Shown here: positions 34,791 through 46,899 of the stretch, in pieces
How positions within the stretch are numbered: the first letter of the stretch is position 1
Layout: every line of letters starts with the position of its first letter
From: Camelus dromedarius
Lineage: Eukaryota
NCBI RefSeq assembly: GCF_036321535.1
Contig: NC_087466.1
Span: 10,974,001 to 11,038,000, forward strand
Length of the DNA stretch: 64,000 nucleotides
Reading direction: 5' to 3'
Notes under the pieces: generated by a model
What the model was told of the DNA's origin: nothing
Seen by the model: only the letters and a program-made list of their open reading frames with translations
Database searches by the model: none
Position numbers and translations under genes: made by a program

Positions 34791-35449
34791 GAGTAGATAT
34801 TGATAAGCACCCAAACGTGTGCACGTCCGATCCTCAAAGAGGTGCCAGGCAGGTAACGTGGAGGCCCGCGGTTGGGCTGGATGGGGGCCTCGGGGATTTA
34901 TTGGGGATTACGATTTTGCCCAGAGAAGGAACTGCTGAGGTTTAATGAGGAGGCGATTTCGCTCTGGGTGTTACGGGGCTGCTGAGCCAGCAAAGCTCTC
35001 TCTGCTGGAAGCCTGAGGAGCTAGACGAGGATCAGAGCAGAGACTCTTTCCCCAAAGCCAAGGTGCTGAATGAGAGAGACACCCTGGAACCTCTTCCCCC
35101 AGACGCTTTTAAGCACAGGATAGGTTCTGTGTAACTTTGATTCCTAATGTTTTCAGGGTCATCGTCCCCAAAGGTAGGGGGACCCTCGGCTATCCTTGAG
35201 GGTCAGCCCGAACGTGCCATCCTGTATCGATGACCAGAAATGACTCCATGGATGAACTAGGGGAGAAATAACCTCAACCAAGCATCCGGGTGCTGGTCAG
35301 CAGAAGGTCAAGCCCTGGGGGCTCGGGGACATCTGGATGTAGGACTGGGGGGGTGGAAGGAGGCAGGGACTGGGGAGCAATGGGAGGAAAAAGGACAGAG
35401 AGGGAAGGAATGACTCAACTCTTGTTGGCTGTCTGCTGTGCAGAATCCG

Positions 35450-35830
35450 GAACAGTTGAGAGCTCTGGGTCTGGAGCAGGTCCGCCTGGGTGTGAATCTC
35501 GGTCCTGCATCCTTCTAGCTGCACGACAGGGCAAGTTGCCTTTCTTTTTTGCATCTCAGTCTCCTCACCTGTAAAATGTGAATGATAAGTAGTGTCTTCT
35601 CTCTAGGGTTCTTGCAAAGATCAAAGGAGTTAATCCAAATGAAAACACCTTGAACAATGCCTGGCGCATTTCTATAAATGTTAACCATTATTATTTTCTG
35701 AGTATTAATATACATGATGATTCTCATTTAATCCTTGCATTTAATCCCCTGGGGCAGGGTGAGGGGTAAACCAGGAGATCCAATCTTACTGATGAGAACA
35801 CTGAGGCTCATGGAGGTTTAAAAAACTTTC
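35450..35830. mobile_element. Two adjacent MIRs in opposite orientation
   Basis: Plus copy CTCAGTCTCCTCACCTGTAAAATG...AACAATGCCTGGC; minus copy TTACTGATGAGAACACTGAGGCTCA. Confidence 0.8.
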
Positions 35831-36194
35831 CTAAACTGGGTTTCTGATATTTGTAAATGTTTTTCCTTATTAGATAAGAACGTGTGACCGTTAAAGTCAT
35901 TAGGGTTATTTGGTATCGAAAAGAGCAGGTGGACAGAATTTATAATCCAGCATCGTTGATTGCATTGAAAAGACTGGCGAAATCTTTTGGAAGGGTTGGG
36001 AGATGCAGCTGGAAAAATATTTCAGAAAGTATACAATCAAGATATCTCATGGAGTATTTAAAGGAAAACCTTAATAAAAAAAAGAAAGGCTTTCCTGAGG
36101 TCACGCAGTGGGTGATTTGGTGGACTGGCATTTACTTGGAGGGCAAAACCCTTGGTCTTCCCACTTCTTGGCTTGAGACTTGAGGGTACAGGAG

Positions 36195-36692
36195 AGGGAA
36201 GGTGGTGAGACCAGCAACAAAGGTCAGATCCATGTGGTGTCAGCTCAATCTTTTGGTAAAATATTGAAGGTTTGCCAAAAGACAGATAGGCAAGGCAGAT
36301 CCGTCTCCATTGTAGATCCGTCTACACTAGAGCAGAACTAGGGTGTCTAAAGACACTGAGACACACACACACACACACACACGTTTCATCTCTTCTACTA
36401 GACAGTAAGCTCCAGATACTCTATATAGACATTTGATTGTCTCTTCTGGGGGCAGTGGTAGAAAATACTTGAAACCAAAATGGCCCCAGAATATGTGAGA
36501 CCTGTGGTTGCTTTTCCGACTGAACACAAACCTATTTTCAGAGGAGTTGTCCCTTGTAGACAACGATTTTCTTGTGTCCTCCGCACCTACCACCACCATC
36601 TCTTTCCTCCCCATCACCACCTATACAAGGAGGAATATATAAAATAAGATTGAATAGTTAACTGGTTTACCACCCCCCAGCCCCCGTCCATG
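36195..36692 (+). repeat. Local direct duplication, copy B (paralogous to 31545-32070)
   Basis: Shared CAGCTCAA-C/T-CTTTTG, GTCTACACTAGAGC, (CA)n, TAGAC-T/A-GTAAGCTCCAGAT, TGAAACCAAA...TGTGTCCT and CTGGTTTAC blocks in the same order. Confidence 0.9.
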
Positions 36693-37439
36693 TAGGAAAG
36701 AGAGAAGTGGGGATGCAGAAGAGGAAAAAGGGGGGATAAGGCTGAAGACCGTCCCCACCCCCCAGTCATGACCTCATCAACTGTCCTCCATCCAGGGACA
36801 CCAGCCACCGGCCCGTCCACGTCAGTCCTGCCCCCACCGCGATGCTCGTGTGGAGGAGAAGCGGCCGGCCGGAGGAAAGGCAATAAGTGTGGCGGAGACG
36901 TGTATTCTTCTCCTCGGTGACACAGCGAGCTCTCTCACCGGCAAAATGTCCCTTGATCTATTTCCCCTGGTAGTGATTTCAACAACAACAATAACAGAAA
37001 TCCATCATTTCCGTAGCAGGGAATGGAGGGCGGTGGGGGTTTGTTTTTCTTCTGGTGTGGACAGAAAGCTCTTTATTCTCTCCTCGTTTGGGAAGGCTTC
37101 ACGCCAGAGGAGCCCTTTCCAGGTCCCGGGAGGGGACTGGGGTCAAAGAGATGGTGAGAATGGCTCAGTCCCGGCTGAGCCTCTGACCTTGGGCAGGGCA
37201 CTGCCTCAGTCTGCTCCTCTCAAAAATGGGGAGAACCAGCCAGGAAGGGGAGAGGGAGCCAGACAGCACAAGGCAGCCTTGGGAGTCAAAGATAATGGGC
37301 CAACAGCTACCAGAATAGAAATAATAGTCAACTTATTTATACATGTACAGTGACCTCGCATAGTGCTTGGACATAACGGTCACAGATTTCATGTTCTGAG
37401 CGCTCCTTGGGCTGGGTGTCCTTACGTTTGCGATCTTTT

Positions 37440-37600
37440 AGATCTTCCAGTTCAACCTGCAGGGCAGGTCCAGTCCACATTCACGACCTCCGTAATAAAA
37501 TGAAGGTTCAGAGAGGTTAGTAACTCGCCCAAGATCCCACAGCACCCAAAAGGTGGTGTCAGGATTTAAATGCAGGTCTCTTTGAATCTAGACTTTGTGC
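37440..37600 (-). mobile_element. MIR SINE
   Basis: AAGGTTCAGAGAGGTTAGTAACTCGCCCAAGATCCCACAGC...CAGGATTTAAATGCAGGTC. Confidence 0.8.
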
Positions 37601-37611
37601 CTCTGTCCACT

Positions 37612-37745
37612 CAGCTTGTGGTTCTTAAAGTGCATTCTCTGGCCTGGCAGCATCAGCATTACCTGGAAAAAGCTTCAGACGTGCAAATTTTCAAGTCCCA
37701 CCGCAGATCTACTAAATCCTAATTTCTGAGGATGGGACCTGGCAA
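37612..37745 (+). mobile_element. MER5A hAT element
   Basis: GTGGTTCTTAAAGTG...GGCAGCATCAGCATTACCTGG...GTGCAAATTTTCAAGTCCCACCGCAGATCTACTAAATC. Confidence 0.85.
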
Positions 37746-39392
37746 CCATCCCACTCCCGGTGAGCCAGAAGCACGCTCGAGTTTGGGAGCTCCTCCCCGA
37801 AGTGCTGAAACAGCCCACCCCTGTTGCTGTTGTCACTAATATCATTCTCACGTTTCCCTCCAGCTAAAGCCGCTCGTGGCCAGCGAGGAGAGGACAGCTG
37901 GGCGTCCTTGCTGTCTGCTGGCTCAATTTCTATTCTCTCCAAAGGGAAGTCAGGAAGGGCTCGGGGTCTGGTCCAGGATCCACCACCTGCTAACTAGGTG
38001 TCTTGGGGCAGGTTCCCTGGAAAGAGACCCTGAGACGGAGATGGGCATGTAGGTAGCTTATCAGGGTGTCCCCTCTGGAGCGGCACCTGCAGGGAAGTGA
38101 GGGAAGCAGGGTGGGCAGAGGGAGATGTTGGGCTGCGACGTAGTTGGCAGCAGTGGCCCCAGCCCATCTCAGGGGTGCTCTTGAGCTGGGGTGACCTATG
38201 ACAGGTGCCTCAAATTGAGGCAAAGGGGGCTGGGGCTTTGTACCCACTGCATCAACCAGTCATGGTTGTGAGCTGCTCTGGGGGAAGCAGAAGCCTGAGT
38301 GAGGGGCCTCCCTTCAGCCCAGGGCCGATCCTGGGGAGCTACCAGAAGCCACCACTGCCAGCATCTGGGGAGTGAATGCCTGTCTGGGGTCTGGCTGGCA
38401 CACCACAGCATCCACTACCCTGGGTGTACGACTTATTCTCAGTCTCTTTATCTGTAGAATGGAGATGTTGGTACATTTCTTCTCATCCGAGTATTTTGAA
38501 CAAACGATGTGATGACGATATGATAATAGCGGCGACCATTCATTGACATGCGTGCTACGTGCCAGGCTGTGCTTAAGGACTTCCCGTGCAGTCACATCCT
38601 GGCCTCACGATGTGCATGGGAGCCAGGGTGATTTCTACCTACCTTGCAGAGGGGAAACCAGTTGCCTGGGGTCTCTCAGCTGCGAAGGGGAGCAGCTGGG
38701 CTTCAAAGCTTCCTTCACCACTGCTCTATCCTCCTCCATCCCGTAGCTGACCTGTGTTCAGAGGATGGTGCCATGTATGTACGGCAGGTAGAGTTCCTAC
38801 CTCCCTTTGGGAGCAAATGAATGATTCTGGGGATGGTGTGTGTACAGGGTCGTGTGCACTTGTACACTATGCTTTCTGATTATCCTGGGCCCCACTCTTG
38901 AGGAAGACCAGGGACCCCAGTGTTAATAATAGTAAAACTGAGGCATTGATTCCAAGAGTCCAGCCAGGAAAAGAAGCCTGCCGCTCGATTCCCAGCCTAA
39001 GGCCATCTCCCTGGGCCCCAAGACTGCAGGAGGCTGCATGCTAGGGCTGGAAATGTCCAGCCTGGGGCCGGGAGACCTGCTCTGCAAGCAACAGTCTGAC
39101 TGTGGACACATGATCAGGACTCACTTGCAGACTTGGGCTGGGGGTACCCAGCCTGACCACCGTGACCAAACATGCCTAACTCTTTGAGCATCTATCCACT
39201 GCCCTCCAGGGGCTGGGCCTTCTCGTCAACCTTTGCCCCACAGCCATCCCTGGGGTGGGGAACGTGTAAAGGTGGAAATTCCCTTTGTCTAAATACAAGC
39301 CCATGTAATTAAGCAAAAGGAATTCAGTGGGGCTGCTGACGGGGAGAAATCTCAGAATCAGGAACTCCCTCCCAGCGGCCTCCAGCCAGACC

Positions 39393-39597
39393 AGGAGTTA
39401 GCAGATTAAAGGGCTCAGGTCTAATTCAGCCCAGTCTGCCTTTGTAAATAAAGTTTTATTGGAACTCAGTGATGCTCATTGGTTTACGTCCTTCAGCTTA
39501 CAATGGCAGAGTCGAGGAGTTGAAACAGAGGTCGAATAGTTTGCTAAGCCAAACATATTTACTGTCTGGCCCTTTGCAGAAAGTTTGCCAATCCTTG
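39393..39597 (+). mobile_element. MER58A hAT element
   Basis: TTTGTAAATAAAGTTTTATTGGAAC...TATTTACTGTCTGGCCCTTTGCAGAAAGTTTGCCAATCCTTG. Confidence 0.9.
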
Positions 39598-40844
39598 AAC
39601 TGGACGGAAGGCTCCGAAAGGCCAGGGATCATGGCTGAGGCTCAGGTTGGGCTGGAAGAGGGGGTTGGGGCACTGGAACAGGCTGGAAGTCCTGGGAAGC
39701 TGAGAAGCAAGCCCTGCACTTTCCTGCAAGTAGAACTTTGCCCAAACCAGGCCCTCCTGCTCCAAGCCTTCTCCCACCCTCCTCCCCAGTGGCGGTCTTG
39801 CTCATGGCTCTGCTCTCAGTCCAGCACAGTGACCGATGCTGCAAAGATGACTTCAGAAATATTCAGTCAATGAATGCATGGATGTTTCTCCGATTCAGTC
39901 TTTGACCTCCGGGGAGTCTGATTCTCGCTGGGCCTCAGTTTTCACATCTGTAAAATGGCCATGATCAAGGTCTGGTTTGCCAGGCACCTAGTCTTGAATC
40001 CTCCAAGTGCAGAGGAACAAGAGGAGCTCCGGGTTCAGTGTCTGATTCAGGAGCAGGGAGGAGCAGGAGGCCGGTGCTGTCGCCAGGAGAACCAGGAGAG
40101 CGGAAAGATGGGGAGGGACCAAGGAGGCCACGGAGTCAAGAGGGGCGGCGGGCGGTGGCGGAGGGGAGAAGACAAAGGGGGAGGATTCCGAGCAGGGAGG
40201 CAGATGGGAAGGAGGGGCCCCCGGGTGGGGTGGCGGGGAGGCCGGCAGGCCACAATCACAGGCCCAGCAGTAGAGCGTGATGCCACAAGCAGGACTCCAG
40301 CTTTCTGCGGAGAATGAGACCGGGGAACTAATGAGCTCCGGAGGTGCAAAGGACGCCTTCGTGCTAATTCCTGCTCCCTGGGAGCAGCCGGAGAAGGGAG
40401 AGAGGGCCAGGGCCCAGGCTGGGCAGCTGGGTCCCCACTCGGGGGCTCGGCCAGCTGGTCAGCCGCCGGCTGGGGCTTCACGCCAGGGCTGTGGATGCCC
40501 CGGCCAGCCTGCCTGCCTGCTCGTCCACCTCGGGCCCTGCTGCCTCTGGCCTCGGGCAGGGAAAGGAGGGGTCATCCTGTGGCTTGGTCCCCAGAGCAAA
40601 TGTTGTGACAGTCGTGTGCTCACCTGGCCGGAGAATCAGCTCAGTGGCTTCCATGAGCTGGGGCTCGGACAACTGACTGCATCTTGGAGGTTTAAAACAT
40701 ATTCAGCTCTTCACCATTGCTGACAATTACAACCACCACCACAATGATAATAATGACGGTGATGGTGATGACAATGGCTTCCTGTCGCCAGCACTTCCGA
40801 GAGTCTCCCAGTAACCCTGGGAAGTGTATAGTGGTTATTCTATG

Positions 40845-41062
40845 GAAGACTTTTCATCCTCGGCACGACCAACATTTTTGTCCACGTAATTCTTTGTTGT
40901 GGGGACTGTCCTGTGCTTTGTGGGATGTGTCGCATCTCTGGCCTCTACCCACTAGAAGCCAGTGGCACCACCTTCCAGTTGTGACAACCGAAATGTCTTC
41001 AGAGATGACCAAATGTCCCCTGGGGGGGTGAAGGGGAAATTGCCCCTGATTGAGAACCACTG
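40845..41062 (-). mobile_element. MER20 hAT DNA transposon
   Basis: CTCTGGCCTCTACCCACTAGAAGCCAGTGGCA...CAGTTGTGACAACCGAAATGTCTTCAGAGATGACCAAATGTCCCCTGGGG...GATTGAGAACCACTG. Confidence 0.93.
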
Positions 41063-41189
41063 ATTAGATCCAATTTTACAGATGTGGAAACTGAGGCTCA
41101 GGAAGGTGAACGCTGGCTACCTTATAGGACTGGGTATCCAACGTCAGTCTTCAGTCTCTCACCCCACTGCTTCCCCACTCCACTCCCCC

Positions 41190-41394
41190 AACCAGTTACG
41201 AGGATTTGTTACTTATTTATTTTTCAGTTATGGAGTTCTGGATCTTCTTCTCTGCATATATTTACAAAATTGGGATCAAACGGAAGATGGCATTATGTAA
41301 CTCGGTTCTCTCATTTAACAACCTAGCACATACGTGATGGGGTGAGAAAAAGAAGTTGCTGATTTGTATATATATAGCATGACACCCTTTGTGT

Positions 41395-41432
<38 letters not shown>

Positions 41433-41800
41433 TCATGGGTGTTTTCGTATCTGCACAGAAATTGTCCGGAAAGATACAAACAAAACTGTGGTCCGTGATT
41501 TCTGCTGTGAGTGGGGCTCTGGGAGTGGGGATAGGGGAATTGAAGTGTTCATTACATACATCTGAACTGTTTGCATTTTTACATTAGCCACATATTTCTC
41601 TTTAATTTTAAAAGTGAATAAAGTGACATGAACGTTCCTCTTTAACAGTTAATAGACACATAGAATGTGGATTTTTAAATACTGCAAGGTGCGTCACTGC
41701 ATGGATGCGCGATCGGGAGCCTAACCCTCAGCCTGGTTGAATGTGGAGGCTGTTATCGGATGTCTCAGTGGTATATGATGCTGCAATGAACATGTGAAGC
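41190..41800. mobile_element. Ancient L1ME fragments in both orientations, containing (CA)n at 41397-41428
   Basis: TTTACAAAATTGGGATC...TAACTCGGTTCTCTCATTTAAC (minus) and GAAAGATACAAACAAAACTG...CTGAACTGTTTGCATTTTTAC (plus). Confidence 0.6.
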
Positions 41801-42261
41801 TCGTGCTTAAGAATGGAAGCTTGGGAGGCAGAGTTCTAGGGTTTTTGCCTTGGCTCAGCCCCCTAAGATACACTTTACCGCATCACCCCATTTAATCCCC
41901 TCGGCAACACTGTGGATGGATATTACCATGGCTCCCATCGTATAAATGAGGGACACAAGATGCCATGAGGCCCAGTAACTTGCTCAAGGTCCCAGGGGTC
42001 AGAGAGAGGTGTTAAAGAAATACTGGTTCTAAACTAAGACTTCCTCCCCCAAGTGAGTCAAGGGATGGAAAGAAAATATAAGAGGGGATAATGCTCTCCG
42101 TGTTGGATTTTCAAAATTACCATGCACAGAATCGACTCGGGATCTGGCTGGAAAGTCAATCCTACGGGAGTCAGGGAGGCGAGAGGGCGGGAGGTGGCTG
42201 TGGGATAAAGTGGGAGACGCTGTACTTCTAAGAAATTCCCAAGGGGTGCTGTTGGCCATGC

Positions 42262-42600
42262 CAACAGGGCTAGAACTAACCCTTTGGTATGGTTGCCACT
42301 CGTCACAGGTGGCTATTGAGCACTTGAAATGTGACCAGTCTGAATTGACACGCACTATAAATGTGAAACACACTGGGTTTCAAAGACCTCAAATGAAAAA
42401 GAGGATGTGAAATATTTGATCAATGATTTAAAAATCTTTTTATATGTTGAAATAGTCTTTTGGGTACATTGGGTTAAATAAAATTGATGACTAAATTTAA
42501 TTGTACTTGTTCCTTCTTGCTTTAAAAAAAAATGAGGCTATTAGAAAATTTTAAATTACGTTTGTGACTTGTGTTGTATTTCTATTGGACAGCTCTGGGC
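42262..42600. mobile_element. MER33 hAT element
   Basis: GTGGCTATTGAGCACTTGAAATGTGACCAGTCTGAATTGA...TTGGGTTAAATAAAAT...GTATTTCTATTGGACAGC. Confidence 0.9.
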
Positions 42601-42949
42601 TAGAAACCAGGTGGAAGATAGCATCCAAGAAGGGGTGACCAGAGAACTAGGAGGCGATCGGTCCATAAGTCAATCAACAAACAGTTCCTCAACATGCTAT
42701 GTGCTAGAGGTAAGCCAAGAAGCCACGGGCCCTGACCTTGAGGAACTGGCTCTTTAGGATGGAGCAACTGGGTGATTGTGGGACATCCTGAAAGCCAGGG
42801 AGAGGGGGATTCAAGGAGGAAGCAAAGGGCAATGATGGAGTCAAACGGTGGTGAAGTTACAGCTGCCTTCTTGGCCTGGCTTCAGGCTGATGTGGTCAAG
42901 GATGAGTCTAATGTTTGTCTCTGGTCCCAGGCGTCAGGATAAGTGTTGT

Positions 42950-43120
42950 CTGTGTGCTAACTCACTGAATAATCACTTGGGCAACCTCACAAGGCAGGTA
43001 TTGACATTAGCCCCAACTTTCAGCTGCTAGAGAGGGGCTCAGAGAGGTGAAGTCATCTTCCTGAACTTGCACAGCCAGAGAGGAGCAGAAAGGGGATTTG
43101 AACCTACCTCTGCCTGACTC
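42950..43120 (-). mobile_element. MIR SINE
   Basis: GGCAACCTCACAAGGCAGG...GGCTCAGAGAGGTGAAGTCATCTTCC...GGATTTGAACC. Confidence 0.8.
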
Positions 43121-45318
43121 TAGTCTTGTGTGTTGTTCAACTGTGATGAAACACCACTTTTCCTTGCTGGAGAGAAGCAGTTGCGTCGTTGCATGCAAAT
43201 TCATTGATGCAGGACTCTCTCTCATGCCAGCTCTCCAAGGGGTGGAAGTGGGCTGCCCAGTTCCTGCCTCCCCCAGCTTCGGTCAGCACCCTCCCCACCT
43301 TCCCATCCTCAGCCGCCTCCATCCCCCACAGCCAGCCCACCGCGGATACTGGCAGTGGACATTGCTCAGCTCTTGGAGTGGGGGGTGGGGCTGCCAGCAC
43401 CAGGGGACTAGCCCCTGTGGCCAGAGCAAAGTTGGAGCTTCAGTCACCTCCATCTCCCTCCCCCTTCTTCCCACTACCCTCCTGGCTGCCCGCGGTGGTC
43501 CCCAAGCCCCCCTCAGCTTCAGCGCAATTTAATGTCTCACCGAGCTGTCCCTATTTGACAAACAGGTGATTTTGCTAATGAGGAATAAATGAGATCCACA
43601 GGATAAGAGAGGGTGTGCAGCAGCTGGCGTGAGGGCAAGATGTGCCGAGTTTATTAAAATAATATCTGGCCACATGGTTGGTGCTCAGGGTCCAGGCCGG
43701 AGGAGCGTCTCGCTCTGCTCTCTGCTGCCGTCTGCTCCTCCCCAGCCGCGGTCCCGCCCCTGTCCCTTCCCAGCTTCCTGAAGGTGTCTCTTCCCAATCC
43801 AGGCTGGCAGGGCCAGTGCAGACTGTGTCCCTGGTACCCGCTCCTGTGGGAGGCATGGGTTGGGGGGAGTCAGGGGGCTCTTCACTGGAAGATGATGGGG
43901 TTGATGGATGATCGGAGTGGGGAATGCAGTGTGTACGTGAGTGTGTGACTGTGTGAGTGTGATAGAGTGTGTGTGTGTGACTGTGTGGAGGGGATCTGAG
44001 TGGGAGAGGCATGTCTCGTGGAAAAGAGCAGGAGAGAGGGGGGAAAGAGATGGAACTGGATGAGGAGTGTGGGCAGGAGGGGGGAGGAAAGGGAGAGGTA
44101 GGGGGTGGGGGATTGGAAGGAGAGAGACAGACGGAGAGAATATAAAAACAACAGGAAAACTGAATGAGAGAGACACACTCAGAGAGAAAGAGGAGACACA
44201 GTGAGAGAGCCCAAAAGGAGCAGGGAGAGGGGTGCCGTGGGGTACAGGAGAGAGGGAGACATCCAGAATCACAGACGGGACACACATAAAAAGATGGAGA
44301 CTAAGAACCAAGCATCTCTGTTCAGGGCGAGGAGATGGGGAGGAGGAAGGAATCTAGAAATGGAGGAGAGGAGAAAGGAGACAAGGGGAAGAAGATGGGG
44401 TTTGGCACTTGAGGATAGAGGAAGGTTGGTGGGCAGGTGGCCAAGGGGGGAAGGAGCAAGAGGCCAGGGGCTTGGAAGCTCTGCGGTTCCCCGGAAGGCT
44501 CCCCCAGTCCCCGCCCTTGACCCTGGCTGGGCATCCTCCCTCTCTGGTGTCAGTTTCCCCACCTGCACGATGAGGGGTTGAAGTGAATGCCTGGAACCAG
44601 TCCTTCCTGCGCTGCTAGGGCTACGGCTGGATGAGAAAGGGGAAGAGGAGGTTGGGGTGGGGAGAGGAGAGGCCACAGACAGGTGTGACATTTCTCATTC
44701 TAAGGGGCCAGAACGAAAGTGTGACCCCAGCTTCACAGCTGCAGCCTGGCCACAGCTCTGCGCACAGGAACTGGAGTGACGGCAAGGTCTGGAACAAAGG
44801 AAACAGAGACGAAGCCGGAAGGTGGGTTTAGGATGAAAGGGGGAAACTGAAGCTGGAACTGGCAAGTCCCGCCCCTCCTGTCTCCCTCTTTGCTCATGCT
44901 GTTCCCTCTGCCTGTTTTGTTCTCTCTGCTGGGAACCGCCTCCTCCCTTTCTTCCTGGGCCCCTGGACTCACCCTCAAGGTCCAGCTCCAATGCACCTCC
45001 TCTCTGAACGTGTCTACCATCTCCCCTCGCTCCTTCCTCTGGACTCTGAGGTCAGTCAGAGGGAAATAAGAGGGTGGAGGAATCCTGGAAGGCTTCCCAG
45101 AGGAGGTGAGCCCTGGAAGTCAGTTTCAAATGAGACCTTGACTCCTGCACTTCGGTCAGGTACCCTATGTGGAGTCTGTACCCCACCTGCCCGTGACTAC
45201 ATTTACTTAGCATTGTTCTTAAAATCAACTTACCCTCTGTACTTAAACAAATGGATTTAGAAAAAAATCGGTGTATACTAGACGCAGCGGGGAGTGGAAA
45301 TCCAGTGCCCTTGATGGG

Positions 45319-45403
45319 CTTGTTAACAAGTTTTCTCATAGGAATTTATCTTCCTGTGTGACTCATGGACGTCAAAACACGTTGGTCTGGGCACTATTTA
45401 TAA
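45319..45403. promoter_or_regulatory. Candidate stimulus-responsive enhancer core (ETS, AP-1, CRE-like, MEF2)
   Basis: CTTCCTGT 45350, TGACTCA 45359, GGACGTCA 45367, CTATTTATAA 45394, palindrome CTTGTTAACAAG 45319. Confidence 0.45.
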
Positions 45404-46899
45404 TTGTCTGGGAAGTGAGGGGCAGGAGCCCCGATGGTCCCAAATGGGAGCCGGGGCCAAGGCAGGGAGGCCGGGGAGGGTGTCGGGGAAGAGAGGCAGG
45501 AGTGGGGCAGGGCAGACAGCTCTCGGAGGGCCTTTAATGCCAGAGGAGAATGGCGGGCTCCCTCTGGGAGGCAAGAGGGAGCCAGAGAAGGTTAGGGTGG
45601 GCATGTGGGAGGGGGTGCAGGGAGGCTCCAAGCTCCCAGGAGGCACGAGGTGGGCATGGGGTTCTTCTGGGGCCACGCCACTGTTCCCGGCCTGCCCGGC
45701 ACACCTGTCAGTCCTCTGTACTGACTGTCACCATTCTCCCTCTCTCTGTGTCTCTGTTTCGGTTTCGCCCTGTGCTCCTTTCTCTTTCAACTGCCCTTCT
45801 GTCTGTCTGTCTTTTAAAATCTGTCCTTTTCCCTCTGGGCTGTAGCACGTGCAAGGTCCCGCCCCCACCAGTCAGGCGGCCCCCTCCTCATCTCCCCAGG
45901 TCCCTCCTCTCCCCCTCCCTGTCGCCTCTCTCCACAACTCTGCGGTCCCCCAAAAGCTCTCTCTCTCCAGTGTCTCTCTGCATCTGCTGCCTCTGGTTCT
46001 GGGTCTTTCTGTCTCTAATTCAATGCAGCTCAGGCTTTATGTGTCTTCCTCTCTTTCTCTCCCCTCCCCCATAAGACAAAGGTGTACCCCACCCAGGGGC
46101 TGTCATCCTCCAGTTGCCCCCGCCCCACACCCTGCCTCCTGCAGACCACCTCTCACACACGCGCACCCAGACTCCAGTGCACACATGTTGTACCCACAGC
46201 TCATGGGTCCCCACCTTAGCCGTCTCCCCAGGGGCCTGTCCCCTCTCCCTTTGGGCATAATTAAGCTCCCCCTTAAGCAGTTGTGAGCCCAGGGCACACA
46301 GTAGGTCTTCAGGAATCAGCTGAGGAGTCGTTGCTCTGGCTCTTTCCTGTGTGGATTTATCCCCAAGAAACTCACCCTCCCTGGGGCGGAGGAAGGGGGA
46401 GGCAAACACCCCCCTCCCAAGCCCACCACGCTCCCCCTCACACTTTCTTGACACTTTTCCTGTCGCAGGCTGTCTTCCTTCCCATCCATCATTTCCTCTT
46501 TTCCGCTCCCTCCTCCAGTCCCACACCCCCATCACTCTTGCTCAGGCGAGCTGAGAGCTGCCCGCCCTTCCTCCTCCGGGTGCCCTCCCCCACCTCCATC
46601 TCCACTGGTCCCAAAGCAAACAGTCTCCCCTCCGAGCAGCATCCATCAGTGAGCCTCTGTGATGGGGAGGGAGGTGTTTGGAGACCTGAGATTGGAAATG
46701 ATTACAGGACATGCTTAGAGCTCAGTTAATAGCCCAGAAGCCACAAGACAAACACCCCCAGCTTCACCTGACCCTCCTCTCCTCCCCATCCAGCCACAAG
46801 CGCCCCCCCCCCACCGGCTGCTGTACGGAGGGTGGAAGGCAGAATTTTCTTCTGAGACTTCTCAGGGTTTCCCATTGCAAGGAAGGACCCAATACCAGC

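Noticed and set aside
34172-34837. 221-aa minus-strand ORF
   Set aside because: Largely antisense to decayed L2 sequence; no recognisable protein similarity
43575-44311. 236-aa and 208-aa minus-strand ORFs
   Set aside because: Products of a pyrimidine-rich low-complexity strand (Pro/Ser/Leu/His-rich); no domain or splice context
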